Notes under the pieces: generated by a model
Told to the model about the DNA's origin: nothing
Databases searched by the model: none
The model's input: the letters and a program-made list of their open reading frames with translations, nothing else
NCBI GenBank assembly: GCA_043732185.1
Contig: JAYTHY010000023.1
Span: 40,880-104,879, forward strand
Source of the DNA: Fibrobacteria bacterium
GTDB lineage: Bacteria; Fibrobacterota; Fibrobacteria; UBA11236
Direction of reading: 5' to 3'
Length of the DNA: 64,000 bases
Position numbers and translations under genes: made by a program
Part shown: one piece after another, positions 51,277 through 60,814 of the stretch
Numbering within the stretch: the stretch's first letter is position 1
Layout: each line of letters opens with the position of its first letter

Positions 51277-51279
51277 AAC

Positions 51280-51645
51280 ATGGACACCCAAATCGAACTT
51301 CAGGTATCCGACCTGGAAAATGTTCCCCATGGAAAGCTTATCAAGTTCACGGGAGACTTGGATGCAACCAACGTAGAATCGACCCTGGATCAAGTCACCA
51401 AATTGATCAAGGATGGCTTTGTGACCATTGTGGCGGATTTTCATACGCTGCGCTATGTAAACAGCACGGGTCTGGGCATCCTGCTGCATTTCAGCAAGTC
51501 CGCAAAGGAAAAAAATGGCTGTTTCAAAATTGCCAACGTAAACGACAACGTTTATGAAATTATCGAGATCATTGGCGCGAATACCTTGCTAGACATTTAC
51601 GACAATGTGGCTGAGGCCATTGCCTCCTTGCAATCCAGAAAATAG
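51280..51645 (+). CDS. STAS anti-anti-sigma factor (RsbV/SpoIIAA-like)
   Basis: GDLDA, YVNSTGLGIL. Confidence 0.92.
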   Translation: MDTQIELQVSDLENVPHGKLIKFTGDLDATNVESTLDQVTKLIKDGFVTIVADFHTLRYVNSTGLGILLHFSKSAKEKNGCFKIANVNDNVYEIIEIIGANTLLDIYDNVAEAIASLQSRK

Positions 51646-51794
51646 GGTCGTTTCCCCAGCCTCCGTCGCCACTGATTCCCCTTTCCCTGCCCTATCCCAA
51701 GCCCTCCCCTCGGTAGGTGGGCTTTTTGCCTCCACTTTTACTAATTTGATCACCCTTTAGAGATGCTTTCTTTTTGAAGTAGCAAAGGATATGT

Positions 51795-54350
51795 ATGAAG
51801 CGCATTTTATATTTCCTACCCCTGTTAACGCTCCTTGCCTGTGAGGGCAAACGTGCCGACCATAGCCGGGTTTTGGCGAAAATAGGTGGCACCAGCTATA
51901 CTCAAAGCGACTTTGAGTTCATGCTAAATACCATGTCCGTTGAGCGGCAAAATGAAATTCTGAAGGACCCGGAGGCCCGACGGAAGCAATTTAATTTGAT
52001 GCTGAAACAAAAGCTGCAATCCATGGCTGCACAAAAATCCAAGCTCGGAAAAAACCCGAACTTGACCGGAAGGCAAGACCTTATCGATAAGCGCCTTGTG
52101 ACACAATATTATTTTCAGACGCACTTGGGTGAAAACGACGCAATGAAATTGGAGGATTTACGGGCATACTATACTGCGAATACTGCAAAATTCGCTGGCG
52201 ATTCTGGCAAGGTAAAGCCATTTGAAGAAGTCCGCCCTCGCGTTGCCGATTCCCTTGTCCTATCCAAAGCCCCACTGGATTCATTCTACCGAGTCAACTC
52301 ACGGCGTTATCAACAAAAAGCCTTTTGCGATCTTTCTTTCATCCAGGCCGCTAACATAAAATCCGCTGAGGCCGCCTCAAAAGAGATAGCCAAAGGAGTA
52401 AGCTTTGCGGAAGTCGCTAAAAAATATTCCACCCACGAAGCCAGCAAAACCAATAATGGTAAAGTTGGTCGGTTGACTAAAGGCGAAACTCTGTGGGAAA
52501 TCGGTTCTAGTCTGAATGTGGACAGCCTCTTCTTTAATGAAACTACCAAACTAAAAATCGGCGAGACTTCTAAACCCATCAAGCGGGATAGTGCATTCTT
52601 ACTTGTCAAGGCAGATTCCTGCAAGGAGCAAACCACACCCCCCCTGGCCGAGATTCACAGCCAGGTTGCAGCTGATTATTTGAGTCAGTACAAAGCCAAA
52701 CTCACTGAAAACGCATTAGCCAACCTAAAAGTGAAATACGGAGTCAAGCTCGCTGGTGCAGACATCGTGGTTTCCCAAAGCGAACTTCAAAAATATTTCG
52801 ACGGACACAAAGATGCTTACATGACTTCGGAAACCTATGACTTATATGCAATCGAGTCGAAGAATAAAGATTTACTCACCAAACGCATAAAAGATATTAA
52901 GGACCTGGAAGGCTTCAAAAAACTTGCGGGCCAAATCACAGAGAATACATGGACCAAAGCAGTCATGGGGCACCTAGGGACCGTAAAACGCGATCATAGC
53001 TTGCCCTACGGCATCGGCATGCTTCCAGCCCTTTTCAGTGCCATGGATAATCTGACCACAGGCATGGTTCCTGGACCAATTCAAAATCCAGATACCAAAA
53101 AATGGCACAGTTTCTGGCTTGTCCAAAAATTTCCTCGGCAGCAAAAAGAGTTTGAACGCGTGCAGGCATTGGTGAAACAAGATTACAAATCCGAAAAGGT
53201 TACTACGGTCAAAATGGAAGATACCCTGGCTACCTATTCCAAGAATAAGGTCGTCAGGGAAAAGGATGTCGATTTCTTGCGCCAAGAAATTCCGCCTAAT
53301 ATGCAAGAGCGCTACACTCGAGAGAGCCTGGTCGATTTCATTCTCACTTGGGAATTGGCAACCTTGGAGGCCAAGACTCTGGCCCTCAATGACGACATTA
53401 AACTCCAAGCCCAGCGCGAAGAAAGCAATATGAATTATTGGGCCCAAATTTACCAGGACTCGATAATTTCCAAAAACGCTGGTCTGGACACGGTTACTCT
53501 TAAGAAGACCTTCGAAGCCAATCGCGCCTTCTTTACTCGTGATACTTTAGATAAGGATTACCAAAAATTTGTGCGTGACATTTCGGCATATCTAGCCGTG
53601 GACCCAAAGGAATTGGATATCGAGTACAGAACCAATCCGGAACGCTATCGCCGCGATACAGTGACACTGTCATTTGAGGACTCCCGATATGATGTATTCG
53701 CAAATGTAAAAGGCGCAGCCTACGCAAAAGCGGAAGACCGCCTAATGGAAAGACTCGAGAGGGAGTTTCAAGTAGTGGTTCTGGATCCTACTCTCCTACC
53801 GGCAAAAATCAAGGCTCCGCAGGAGTCTTACAAACAAGCCCAAAATCTACATTACGATCGCAAGCTGGATCCAGCTTTGGAACTCTATCAACGTCTGCGT
53901 GATGAATTTCCAAAAGATGAGTCGTTGCAAGACTCTGTCTGCTTTGGGATGGCCCAGATTTATATCGAGCAAGAAAAATATCAGCAAGCTTTGTCGGAAT
54001 ATCGAAGATTGTCTTACCTGTTTCCAAAAAGTCCTAATAATTATAAAGCTATGTTCATGGTGGGTTTCATCCATGCAGAACACCTAAAAAATGATTCAGC
54101 GGCGGTTCGCGCCTTTGAAAAAATGTTAGCGCAATATCCATCCAGCGATTTATCTGATGACGCCGATTGGATGATTCGCAATATTCGAAGTGGTGGTAAA
54201 TTAATGCCGGTTTTGGAAGGCGATTCTACTTTCGTAGCAAAAGATTCCAGTTCATCCTCGGCTCCTGCGAATGAAAAAACAAAATCAAATACCCAAGGTA
54301 AGGTAAAGGGAAAAGCAGAGAGCGGCAAATCAGCAGCGAAAAGTGAGTAA
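51795..54350 (+). CDS. Lipoprotein with parvulin PPIase domain(s) and C-terminal TPRs
   Basis: Lipobox LLAC; FAEVAKKYS..S..GKVG; TPRs with FPKS/YPSS motifs. Confidence 0.8.
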   Translation: MKRILYFLPLLTLLACEGKRADHSRVLAKIGGTSYTQSDFEFMLNTMSVERQNEILKDPEARRKQFNLMLKQKLQSMAAQKSKLGKNPNLTGRQDLIDKRLVTQYYFQTHLGENDAMKLEDLRAYYTANTAKFAGDSGKVKPFEEVRPRVADSLVLSKAPLDSFYRVNSRRYQQKAFCDLSFIQAANIKSAEAASKEIAKGVSFAEVAKKYSTHEASKTNNGKVGRLTKGETLWEIGSSLNVDSLFFNETTKLKIGETSKPIKRDSAFLLVKADSCKEQTTPPLAEIHSQVAADYLSQYKAKLTENALANLKVKYGVKLAGADIVVSQSELQKYFDGHKDAYMTSETYDLYAIESKNKDLLTKRIKDIKDLEGFKKLAGQITENTWTKAVMGHLGTVKRDHSLPYGIGMLPALFSAMDNLTTGMVPGPIQNPDTKKWHSFWLVQKFPRQQKEFERVQALVKQDYKSEKVTTVKMEDTLATYSKNKVVREKDVDFLRQEIPPNMQERYTRESLVDFILTWELATLEAKTLALNDDIKLQAQREESNMNYWAQIYQDSIISKNAGLDTVTLKKTFEANRAFFTRDTLDKDYQKFVRDISAYLAVDPKELDIEYRTNPERYRRDTVTLSFEDSRYDVFANVKGAAYAKAEDRLMERLEREFQVVVLDPTLLPAKIKAPQESYKQAQNLHYDRKLDPALELYQRLRDEFPKDESLQDSVCFGMAQIYIEQEKYQQALSEYRRLSYLFPKSPNNYKAMFMVGFIHAEHLKNDSAAVRAFEKMLAQYPSSDLSDDADWMIRNIRSGGKLMPVLEGDSTFVAKDSSSSSAPANEKTKSNTQGKVKGKAESGKSAAKSE

Positions 54351-54403
54351 TTTCGGCCCTTTTAGAACGAATAACTAAAAAAACCCTGTTGTAAGATTTT
54401 GTC

Positions 54404-54430
54404 ACGGCCGCTTATTTAGCGGCCGTTTTT
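54404..54430 (+). terminator. Rho-independent terminator
   Basis: ACGGCCGCT-TATTT-AGCGGCCGT-TTTT. Confidence 0.85.
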
Positions 54431-54489
54431 CAATTGCCCAGTGCTAAGATCTAGGTGTCGCCTCTCCGATTGCAAGGCATACTGGGGTC

Positions 54490-55512
54490 ATGATCATGCA
54501 CACACTTACTCTCTCAATTCTCACGAAACCTTTACGAGCCATTTATAAATGGTTGGATAATGATGCACCGCAGGGAGTAACCTTCGGTCCCGAGGACCGA
54601 AAAGTGAGTCACCTCCGGCTTGCCCCTTTTTGGGCACTCCATCTTATATGTTTCGGCGTATTTTTTGTGGGATACAGTCCTGTAGCCATAACCGTTGCCG
54701 TGTTCCTGTACTTTGTGCGCATGCATGCCATCACAGGTTGGTACCACCGCTATTTCGCACACCGCACCTTCAAAACGGGTCGGGTGATGCAATTCATTTT
54801 CGCCTTCATTGGCAATACCTCCGCCCAGCGCGGGGCTTTGCATTGGGCATCCCATCATCGGGACCATCACCGTTATTCGGATCAACCGCAGGATCCCCAT
54901 TCCCCCAAACAACATGGATTTTGGATCAGCCACACACTCTGGTTTTCCAAACGTGAAAACTCCACTGCCCAAAGTAGAAAGCTGAAAGACTTCGCTGCAT
55001 TTCCAGAGCTGATGTTCATTGACCGCTTTGACTTTGTGGCACCCTTCTGCCTCGGCCTGACATTATTCTTTTTCGGTAAAACTTTGCATCGATTCGCCCC
55101 CGGTCTGCACACTAGTGGCGCACAAATGGTTATTTGGGGATTTTTTATTTCCACCATACTCCTTTACCACGGCACGTTTTCGATCAATTCGTTTGGGCAT
55201 ATTATTGGGCGTAAACGTTTCGAAACAGGTGATGACAGCAAGAACAGCTTGATACTCGCGCTCATTACTTTGGGGGAAGGATGGCATAACAACCATCACC
55301 ATTATGCCAACTCGGTTCGACAGGGTTTCCGCTGGTATGAAATCGACATCTCCTATTATATCCTACTGGGATTTTCAAAAATCGGGCTAGTATGGAATTT
55401 GAAACCGGTTCCCAAACAATACCTCAGTAACCTTGAAACACCCCTGCCTAATTCAATTTCGATCAGTCAACAGGTGCCATTAAAGGAGGTGCCCTTCAAG
55501 AAAGCAGCATAG
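54490..55512 (+). CDS. Delta-9 type acyl-CoA/acyl-lipid desaturase
   Basis: His boxes HRYFAH, HRDHH, GEGWHNNHH. Confidence 0.93.
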   Translation: MIMHTLTLSILTKPLRAIYKWLDNDAPQGVTFGPEDRKVSHLRLAPFWALHLICFGVFFVGYSPVAITVAVFLYFVRMHAITGWYHRYFAHRTFKTGRVMQFIFAFIGNTSAQRGALHWASHHRDHHRYSDQPQDPHSPKQHGFWISHTLWFSKRENSTAQSRKLKDFAAFPELMFIDRFDFVAPFCLGLTLFFFGKTLHRFAPGLHTSGAQMVIWGFFISTILLYHGTFSINSFGHIIGRKRFETGDDSKNSLILALITLGEGWHNNHHHYANSVRQGFRWYEIDISYYILLGFSKIGLVWNLKPVPKQYLSNLETPLPNSISISQQVPLKEVPFKKAA

Positions 55513-55559
55513 GTTACTTTCAAAAAGCCATTCAGGATCTTACGGCTGGACCTTTAAAA

Positions 55560-56549
55560 TCATTTTGGCATTTTCATTATTTCGCCAAATACTTCACCTA
55601 AAATATCGGCAATATTTTTAGCCAGGCTACTAACATACCCAAACGGATCACGACGAATTCCTTTTTCTTCTTCTCCCACAAGATAAAATAGCCCAGTTAA
55701 GGCCCGATCCGTCGTCCACGTCCCAAGGCTAACGGTTTCGATAGGTTTATAACCGATGGGTTTCAACGCGTTGATTTGCAAAGCCGAGACACTAGCCACC
55801 ACCACATTCTTGTTCCATGAAGTCTGAAATGCGACCATGCTGTTGTATCGAGTTAGGCTGGAATTATACAAAGACCGGAAATCCGTCCAATACTTGGTTA
55901 AAGGCACCAGGGTCAAAGTAGAATCGACCAAGGGTGTGTACGCGAGTATCAAGGGATGAAAAGTTTTCCCATTCAAGTACGTGGTAGCGGCCGAACTGTC
56001 TGCACTATTCAAAAGAGTCAAACCATCGGATATGGTCATGCCAAAAATGACGTCCTTGAAAATTGGGACGGATCTCGGCGCGGCGTATTCGGCAGCTCGG
56101 TTCATATAAAGGACCACTGAATCACCGATACCTTTAAGCCCGGTGATGTCCTTTAGTAGGCTGTTCGAGGCAGTCAAATTGCTGGTAAAAGAACTGTTGT
56201 CCAGGCCCGCCGAGAGGTCAACAATGCTCTGCATCGCTTGCAGCTCAGAGGCAAAAGGAGCGACCATGGCTGCCAACTTTTCAACAGCCTTCAAAGCAGA
56301 ATCTGCCTCAACGGGCAGTACTATTTTGATGACCTTATGTGTGAGATACCCATTTAACTTGGATGCTGCGGCTGCGCTGGAATCGATACCTACTTCCAAA
56401 GCCGTTTTCAAGCCAAGCACGACCTTGTCTTCGAGGGTAAGCCCATTGGTTCCATGATTGGGATCTCCGATAAGGTCGTCAAGGGTACAAGAGCCAAACA
56501 ACATCGCTGTAAAAAGGAAGGCCGTATATTTGATTTTTGAAAAATGCAT
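55560..56549 (-). CDS. DUF4197-family lipoprotein
   Basis: Lipobox FGSC; GLKTAL, MNRAAE.A, ALTGLF..GEEEKGIRRDP. Confidence 0.8.
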   Translation of the reverse strand: MHFSKIKYTAFLFTAMLFGSCTLDDLIGDPNHGTNGLTLEDKVVLGLKTALEVGIDSSAAAASKLNGYLTHKVIKIVLPVEADSALKAVEKLAAMVAPFASELQAMQSIVDLSAGLDNSSFTSNLTASNSLLKDITGLKGIGDSVVLYMNRAAEYAAPRSVPIFKDVIFGMTISDGLTLLNSADSSAATTYLNGKTFHPLILAYTPLVDSTLTLVPLTKYWTDFRSLYNSSLTRYNSMVAFQTSWNKNVVVASVSALQINALKPIGYKPIETVSLGTWTTDRALTGLFYLVGEEEKGIRRDPFGYVSSLAKNIADILGEVFGEIMKMPK

Positions 56550-56613
56550 GCTACTCCGATGGTTACCTAAAGAGTAAAAAACCAGACTGTTGATTGAAAA
56601 AAAATACCTACTT

Positions 56614-57702
56614 CTATGGTAAATCTGTGGGTCGCTGGAAATCGGGATTCATTGCGATTGTACTGTCGGTCAAAGTAAGCAAAAAGGCTAGTACAAACTG
56701 GATTTCCTGTTCACTCAATGGGTATTTAGTTCTCCCTGGAACCAATGAGTCCACTGTCCGCGAAGGCTTCCCCCCAGCGCTATAATGCTCCAAGGTCTCC
56801 TCAAGTGAAAAAAATCGCCCATCGTGCATAAACGGTCGGGTCAACATTAAGTTGCGCAGTGTTGGAGTGCGGAATTTTCCATCATCTTCCGGATTGCCCG
56901 TAATAGCACCCCTGCCTGTGCCATCAATGTTTTCTTCAATCCCGTTGTTATGAAATTGGAGGTCCGTGAAAAGAATACCGGAATGGCAGTGAAAACAACC
57001 GGTCTTCTCTTGGTTGAAAAGGGCGTAACCGGTAGACTCCGCTTCCGTGAGGACCACTTCACCTCGTAAGAATCGATCAAATTTTGAGTTGAAAGAAATC
57101 AGCGTGCGCTCAAATTGGGCTAACGCCTGGACTACTTTTTCCTGGGTGATGGGGCCCTCGTTAAACGCCGCGGCAAACAAGTCAGGATAGTGCTTATCTT
57201 TCGACAATTTGAGAATCGCCTGATCCCATGGTAAATTCATTTCCATGGGATGCGGCACTGGAGCTCTTGCCTGATCTTCAAGTGTGGCCGCCCGGCCATC
57301 CCAAAAAAAATTGGGAAACCAAATTGAATTCATTAATGTAGGCGTGTTACGAAGTCCAGGAAGCCCTTTGGCGCCGAAACTGAAATTGAATGTGTCGGAA
57401 AAAGCACGCGAAGCCAAATGGCAATCGGAACAGGATTGTATGTTCTGATCCGATAGGATTTTATCAAAAAACAAACGTCTACCAAGTGCGATTCCTGGCT
57501 TGGTTAGAGGGTTATCATCGGGCATAGCCGGCAACCCAGTGACGCCAAGATCCACTGGCTCAGGGTGAGCGCGAACAGGTTGTAAAGACTGGTTTTCCAG
57601 ACAACCCGATACCGATAGCAGCAGGGTAGCGGACAGGAAAACGCCTCGCCCCCAGTTACCATAAAACTGGCTAAACGGCAAAAATCTTAGTCTTTTTCCC
57701 AC
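56614..57702 (-). CDS. Diheme cytochrome c peroxidase/MauG/MbnH-superfamily lipoprotein (start uncertain)
   Basis: CSDCH and CFHCH; FWDGRA; FRTPTLRN..PFMHDG; VSGC lipobox. Confidence 0.88.
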   Translation of the reverse strand: MGKRLRFLPFSQFYGNWGRGVFLSATLLLSVSGCLENQSLQPVRAHPEPVDLGVTGLPAMPDDNPLTKPGIALGRRLFFDKILSDQNIQSCSDCHLASRAFSDTFNFSFGAKGLPGLRNTPTLMNSIWFPNFFWDGRAATLEDQARAPVPHPMEMNLPWDQAILKLSKDKHYPDLFAAAFNEGPITQEKVVQALAQFERTLISFNSKFDRFLRGEVVLTEAESTGYALFNQEKTGCFHCHSGILFTDLQFHNNGIEENIDGTGRGAITGNPEDDGKFRTPTLRNLMLTRPFMHDGRFFSLEETLEHYSAGGKPSRTVDSLVPGRTKYPLSEQEIQFVLAFLLTLTDSTIAMNPDFQRPTDLP

Positions 57703-57795
57703 GCTTACTTCATACCTATTAATGCCGAAATTGTACCGACTTGAAAAGCGCTTTTGCCTTATTTTAGGCAGCAGCCCCATTGACTAGGAGAATAT

Positions 57796-59532
57796 ATGCG
57801 CACAGGCCGACTTTCGCTTTGGTCTTTTTTTGGATTAGGTCTGGCCCCCATTTGTATTCTTGGGCAGGCCATGCTCACCGCACCACATCCAAGCTGGGAT
57901 CTGCACAATATGCGCCCTCCCAATTTCCTTCTCCGTAATGGAGGTTTGGATTTCTTATCAGATGGCCGACTCGTCGCCAGTGATTGGGGCAGCGATATGA
58001 CTGTTACCGGAAAGGTGTACATCATCTCCGGAATGGGTGGCAAAGACAGTTCCGGCGTCACATACAAAGTGTTCGCACAAGGCCTAAAAGAGCCACTTGG
58101 TCTAAAAGTTGTAAACGATACGATTTACGTCATGTGTAAAGATGGATTGTACATGCTACCCGATGCCGACAAGAATGGGCTAGCAGATGAAAATCGAAAG
58201 ATTGTTAGCGGCTGGAGCTATCCGCCACGACTAGATTCAGCCAAAACTGAACGTTGGCATCTATTTGCGTTTGGTCTGCTGTACAAAGATGGCTTTTTCT
58301 ACGGAACCCTAGCCTCTGAGTATCCGCCAAGTGGGACTCAGGGCAGAGACCGTGGAAGTTTGCTTAAAATGGATCCCAAAAAGAATACTTACGAAATTAT
58401 TGTTGGCGGATTAAGAACCCCAAATGGAATTGCCTTTGGACCAGAGGGGGAAATATTTGGAACCGACAATCAGGGGCATTGGCTACCCGCCAATAAGTTG
58501 AATCATTTTGTTAAGGGTCGGAATTACGGAATGCACAATGACACAACCAATCCATATGACATTTACAAAGTGCCACAGTCGCCACCTGTAGTGTGGTTGG
58601 AGGAAAGTCAAATAGGCCTTTCCCCCAGCCAGCCCATCTATATCACCAAGGGACCTTACATGGGCCAGTTCTTTGTTGGGGATGTCAGTTTTGGCGGACT
58701 ACAGCGAATTTTTGTGGAAAAAATTGGTGGGGAGTACCAAGGTGTGGTTTTCAAATTTGCTGGCGGCTTTGAAGCTGGAACCATTAGGTTGGTATGGGGA
58801 CCGGATGGCGCCCTTTATGTGGGCCAAATCGGCAACGGTGACACCAACTGGGGATGGCAAAATAGAAAGTATGGTCTAAGTAAATTGATTGACAATGGAA
58901 CTTCAACCTTTGAAATGTTGGCTGTACGTTCGCGTAAAAATGGAATGGAAGTGGAGTTCACTGAACCTGTATCATCTGCCAGTGCCGTCGCAGCAAATTT
59001 CACTGTTGAGACCTGGACCCAGACACCTCAAGAGGGATATGGTGCCGGGAACCTACAGAATAGGCACAACCTTACAGTGGCTTCTGTCTCTCTCTCGACG
59101 GATAAGAAAAGTGTTTTCCTACAAATCAACGGCTTGACCCCAAATTATGTAGTTCATCTTAACGCACCAAATATTCGTTCCGCAACTGCCAAAGTGCCTT
59201 GGGCCTCGGAAGCCTGGTATACGCTTAATAAAATTTCACCTTCCTCCGCCTTCGATCCCACCGTATTCATTGATCCCAAATTACGCAGCATGGACGCGTT
59301 GTCCACTGACTTTAAAGTTTACCGGGACCAAACGGGTATACTTGCTGAAATTCCTTTCCATGGGAACTCGACCATCGCTGTGCAGGATCTGCAAGGCCGG
59401 ACCTTGGCCACGGGCAGAACAATGCATCCCGGTAGCATTCGGTTTTCAACGGAAGGCTTTTCAAGAGGAACTTATTTTGTCCGAGTGTTAGTCGATGGCC
59501 ATCGGTACAGCCATTCTATCAATTTGATGTAA
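57796..59532 (+). CDS. Secreted beta-propeller (sorbosone-dehydrogenase-like) protein with Ig-like domain and T9SS-like C-terminal domain
   Basis: GLKEPLGL, GGLRTPNG, TDNQGHW; C-terminal DLQGR...GTYFVRV. Confidence 0.65.
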   Translation: MRTGRLSLWSFFGLGLAPICILGQAMLTAPHPSWDLHNMRPPNFLLRNGGLDFLSDGRLVASDWGSDMTVTGKVYIISGMGGKDSSGVTYKVFAQGLKEPLGLKVVNDTIYVMCKDGLYMLPDADKNGLADENRKIVSGWSYPPRLDSAKTERWHLFAFGLLYKDGFFYGTLASEYPPSGTQGRDRGSLLKMDPKKNTYEIIVGGLRTPNGIAFGPEGEIFGTDNQGHWLPANKLNHFVKGRNYGMHNDTTNPYDIYKVPQSPPVVWLEESQIGLSPSQPIYITKGPYMGQFFVGDVSFGGLQRIFVEKIGGEYQGVVFKFAGGFEAGTIRLVWGPDGALYVGQIGNGDTNWGWQNRKYGLSKLIDNGTSTFEMLAVRSRKNGMEVEFTEPVSSASAVAANFTVETWTQTPQEGYGAGNLQNRHNLTVASVSLSTDKKSVFLQINGLTPNYVVHLNAPNIRSATAKVPWASEAWYTLNKISPSSAFDPTVFIDPKLRSMDALSTDFKVYRDQTGILAEIPFHGNSTIAVQDLQGRTLATGRTMHPGSIRFSTEGFSRGTYFVRVLVDGHRYSHSINLM

Positions 59533-59555
59533 TTTCATTCGGCATTTAAGGAATT

Positions 59556-59585
59556 AAAAAAGGGCCCCCCGGAAAGGGAGCCCTT
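59556..59585 (-). terminator. Terminator of the original tRNA-Gly gene
   Basis: Minus strand GGGCTCCC-TTTCCG-GGGGGCCC-TTTTTT directly after CCA; the stem is perfect (G-U) only on the minus strand. Confidence 0.8.
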
Positions 59586-59629
59586 GGAGCGGATTATCGG
59601 ATTCGAACCGACGACCATTTGCTTGGGAA
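59585..59629 (-). pseudogene. Displaced 3' part of tRNA-Gly(CCC), i.e. an att junction
   Basis: TTCCCAA-GCAAA-TGGTC-GTCGG-TTCGAAT-CCGAT-AATCCGC-T-CCA; D arm and 5' anticodon strand missing. Confidence 0.88.
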
Positions 59630-59669
59630 TAGCTTGGTCCGCCATAAGATTTGCCTTTTTCCACGAAAA

Positions 59670-60749
59670 TCAACCTTTTTCGGTCATTTTCTCCGTGTGG
59701 GTGTCCACAGTGTGTCCACTCCCCGACCTAAATCTAATTAACTCCAGAGATTTTTTTCCAGATCGATGATAATAGGTGCGCAGCATATTAGTCTTCCAGC
59801 CTGCCACTGCTAATACCACTTGTTCGGGTGTTCCTCCATCTAAAAGGTCAGTGGCCGACATGTGCCGAGTATCATGGAAATGAAGATCCGGAACTCCCGC
59901 AAGTTGCTTGCACCTTTTCCAAGATTTTTTGAAATCCCCCAGTGGTCTGTATGTGCCCCTTACGAGCTTGTAGAACAGGTATGGGCATTCAGGTGGGAGG
60001 GTACGAAAATACTCTACCATATCCGGAGGTATAGGCTTCCAGATTCCTTCATCGTTTTTGGTCGTTCCGTTCCGAACCCGTATGCTATTGTGAAACAAGT
60101 CCAACTGATCCTTGCACATTCCAATCAATTCGGATTTCCGGCAAGGAACCTGTAAGGCATAATTTGTGATGGCCTCCAGATGAGGTGCCTCCTGCCTAAT
60201 TACGTTGAACAAAATGAGCCTCTGCTGTTCAGTTAGAACCTGATCTCGGGAGACCTCCTTCAGCTTTGGAAAACGGGATTTCGTGATGGGATTTTTAACT
60301 ATCAAATCCAAATCCACGGCAATATTAAAAACCGTTCTGATTAGAGTAATGTACCGATTAAACGATGCATTCGCGGGGATTTTCCCGGTTTTGCGTCTAG
60401 GCGTAAGCCTGTACAATCTCATGTATTTATCAAGCTTTTCGGCGAAAAGGGGGATTGGGACGCTCCCAAGGTCAGCCATTAGAGTGCCGCATTTACTGGC
60501 TTGGCCGCCGGAAATTTGATAGCGCCTGTCCTGGTACAGCTTCAATAAATCACCAAAAGTGCTCAGGTTTTCGGGTACACTCAATCCATCCTCTGACTTG
60601 AGAGATTTTCTCAATTCAAAGTAACGATCGTGGGCTTGGATACGGGTACCTAAAAAGGTTTCTCGTTTCCGAATTTCCTTGCCGGACTTTCTGACCCGAA
60701 CGTCAAGCAGCCATTTATTTGGACCTAATTTGTCGATATTGACACCCAT
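59670..60749 (-). CDS. int: Tyrosine recombinase/integrase
   Basis: Catalytic set R (CRKSE), K (TKN), HxxR (FHDTRH), W (AGW), Y (RTYYH). Confidence 0.92.
   Translation of the reverse strand: MGVNIDKLGPNKWLLDVRVRKSGKEIRKRETFLGTRIQAHDRYFELRKSLKSEDGLSVPENLSTFGDLLKLYQDRRYQISGGQASKCGTLMADLGSVPIPLFAEKLDKYMRLYRLTPRRKTGKIPANASFNRYITLIRTVFNIAVDLDLIVKNPITKSRFPKLKEVSRDQVLTEQQRLILFNVIRQEAPHLEAITNYALQVPCRKSELIGMCKDQLDLFHNSIRVRNGTTKNDEGIWKPIPPDMVEYFRTLPPECPYLFYKLVRGTYRPLGDFKKSWKRCKQLAGVPDLHFHDTRHMSATDLLDGGTPEQVVLAVAGWKTNMLRTYYHRSGKKSLELIRFRSGSGHTVDTHTEKMTEKG
59701..59719. repeat. Direct repeat, candidate integrase arm-type sites
   Basis: GTGTCCAC x2 with 11-bp period, about 70 bp from the att core. Confidence 0.6.
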
Positions 60750-60814
60750 TGCGAATTCCTTTCGTCAATGGATATCCCTGGCGGATAAGAGAAAATATAG
60801 TTTAAGTGCAGGTC

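Noticed and set aside
54437..54487. Possible hairpin (CCCAGT/ACTGGG) over the desaturase RBS, thermosensor-like
   Set aside because: Only about 6-8 bp with a long loop; transcription start unknown
59585..59660. Intact tRNA-Gly
   Set aside because: No D arm and no 5' anticodon-stem strand; treated as an att fragment
59584..59769. 61-aa ORF MERIIGFEPTT
   Set aside because: Typical antisense translation of a tRNA 3' half
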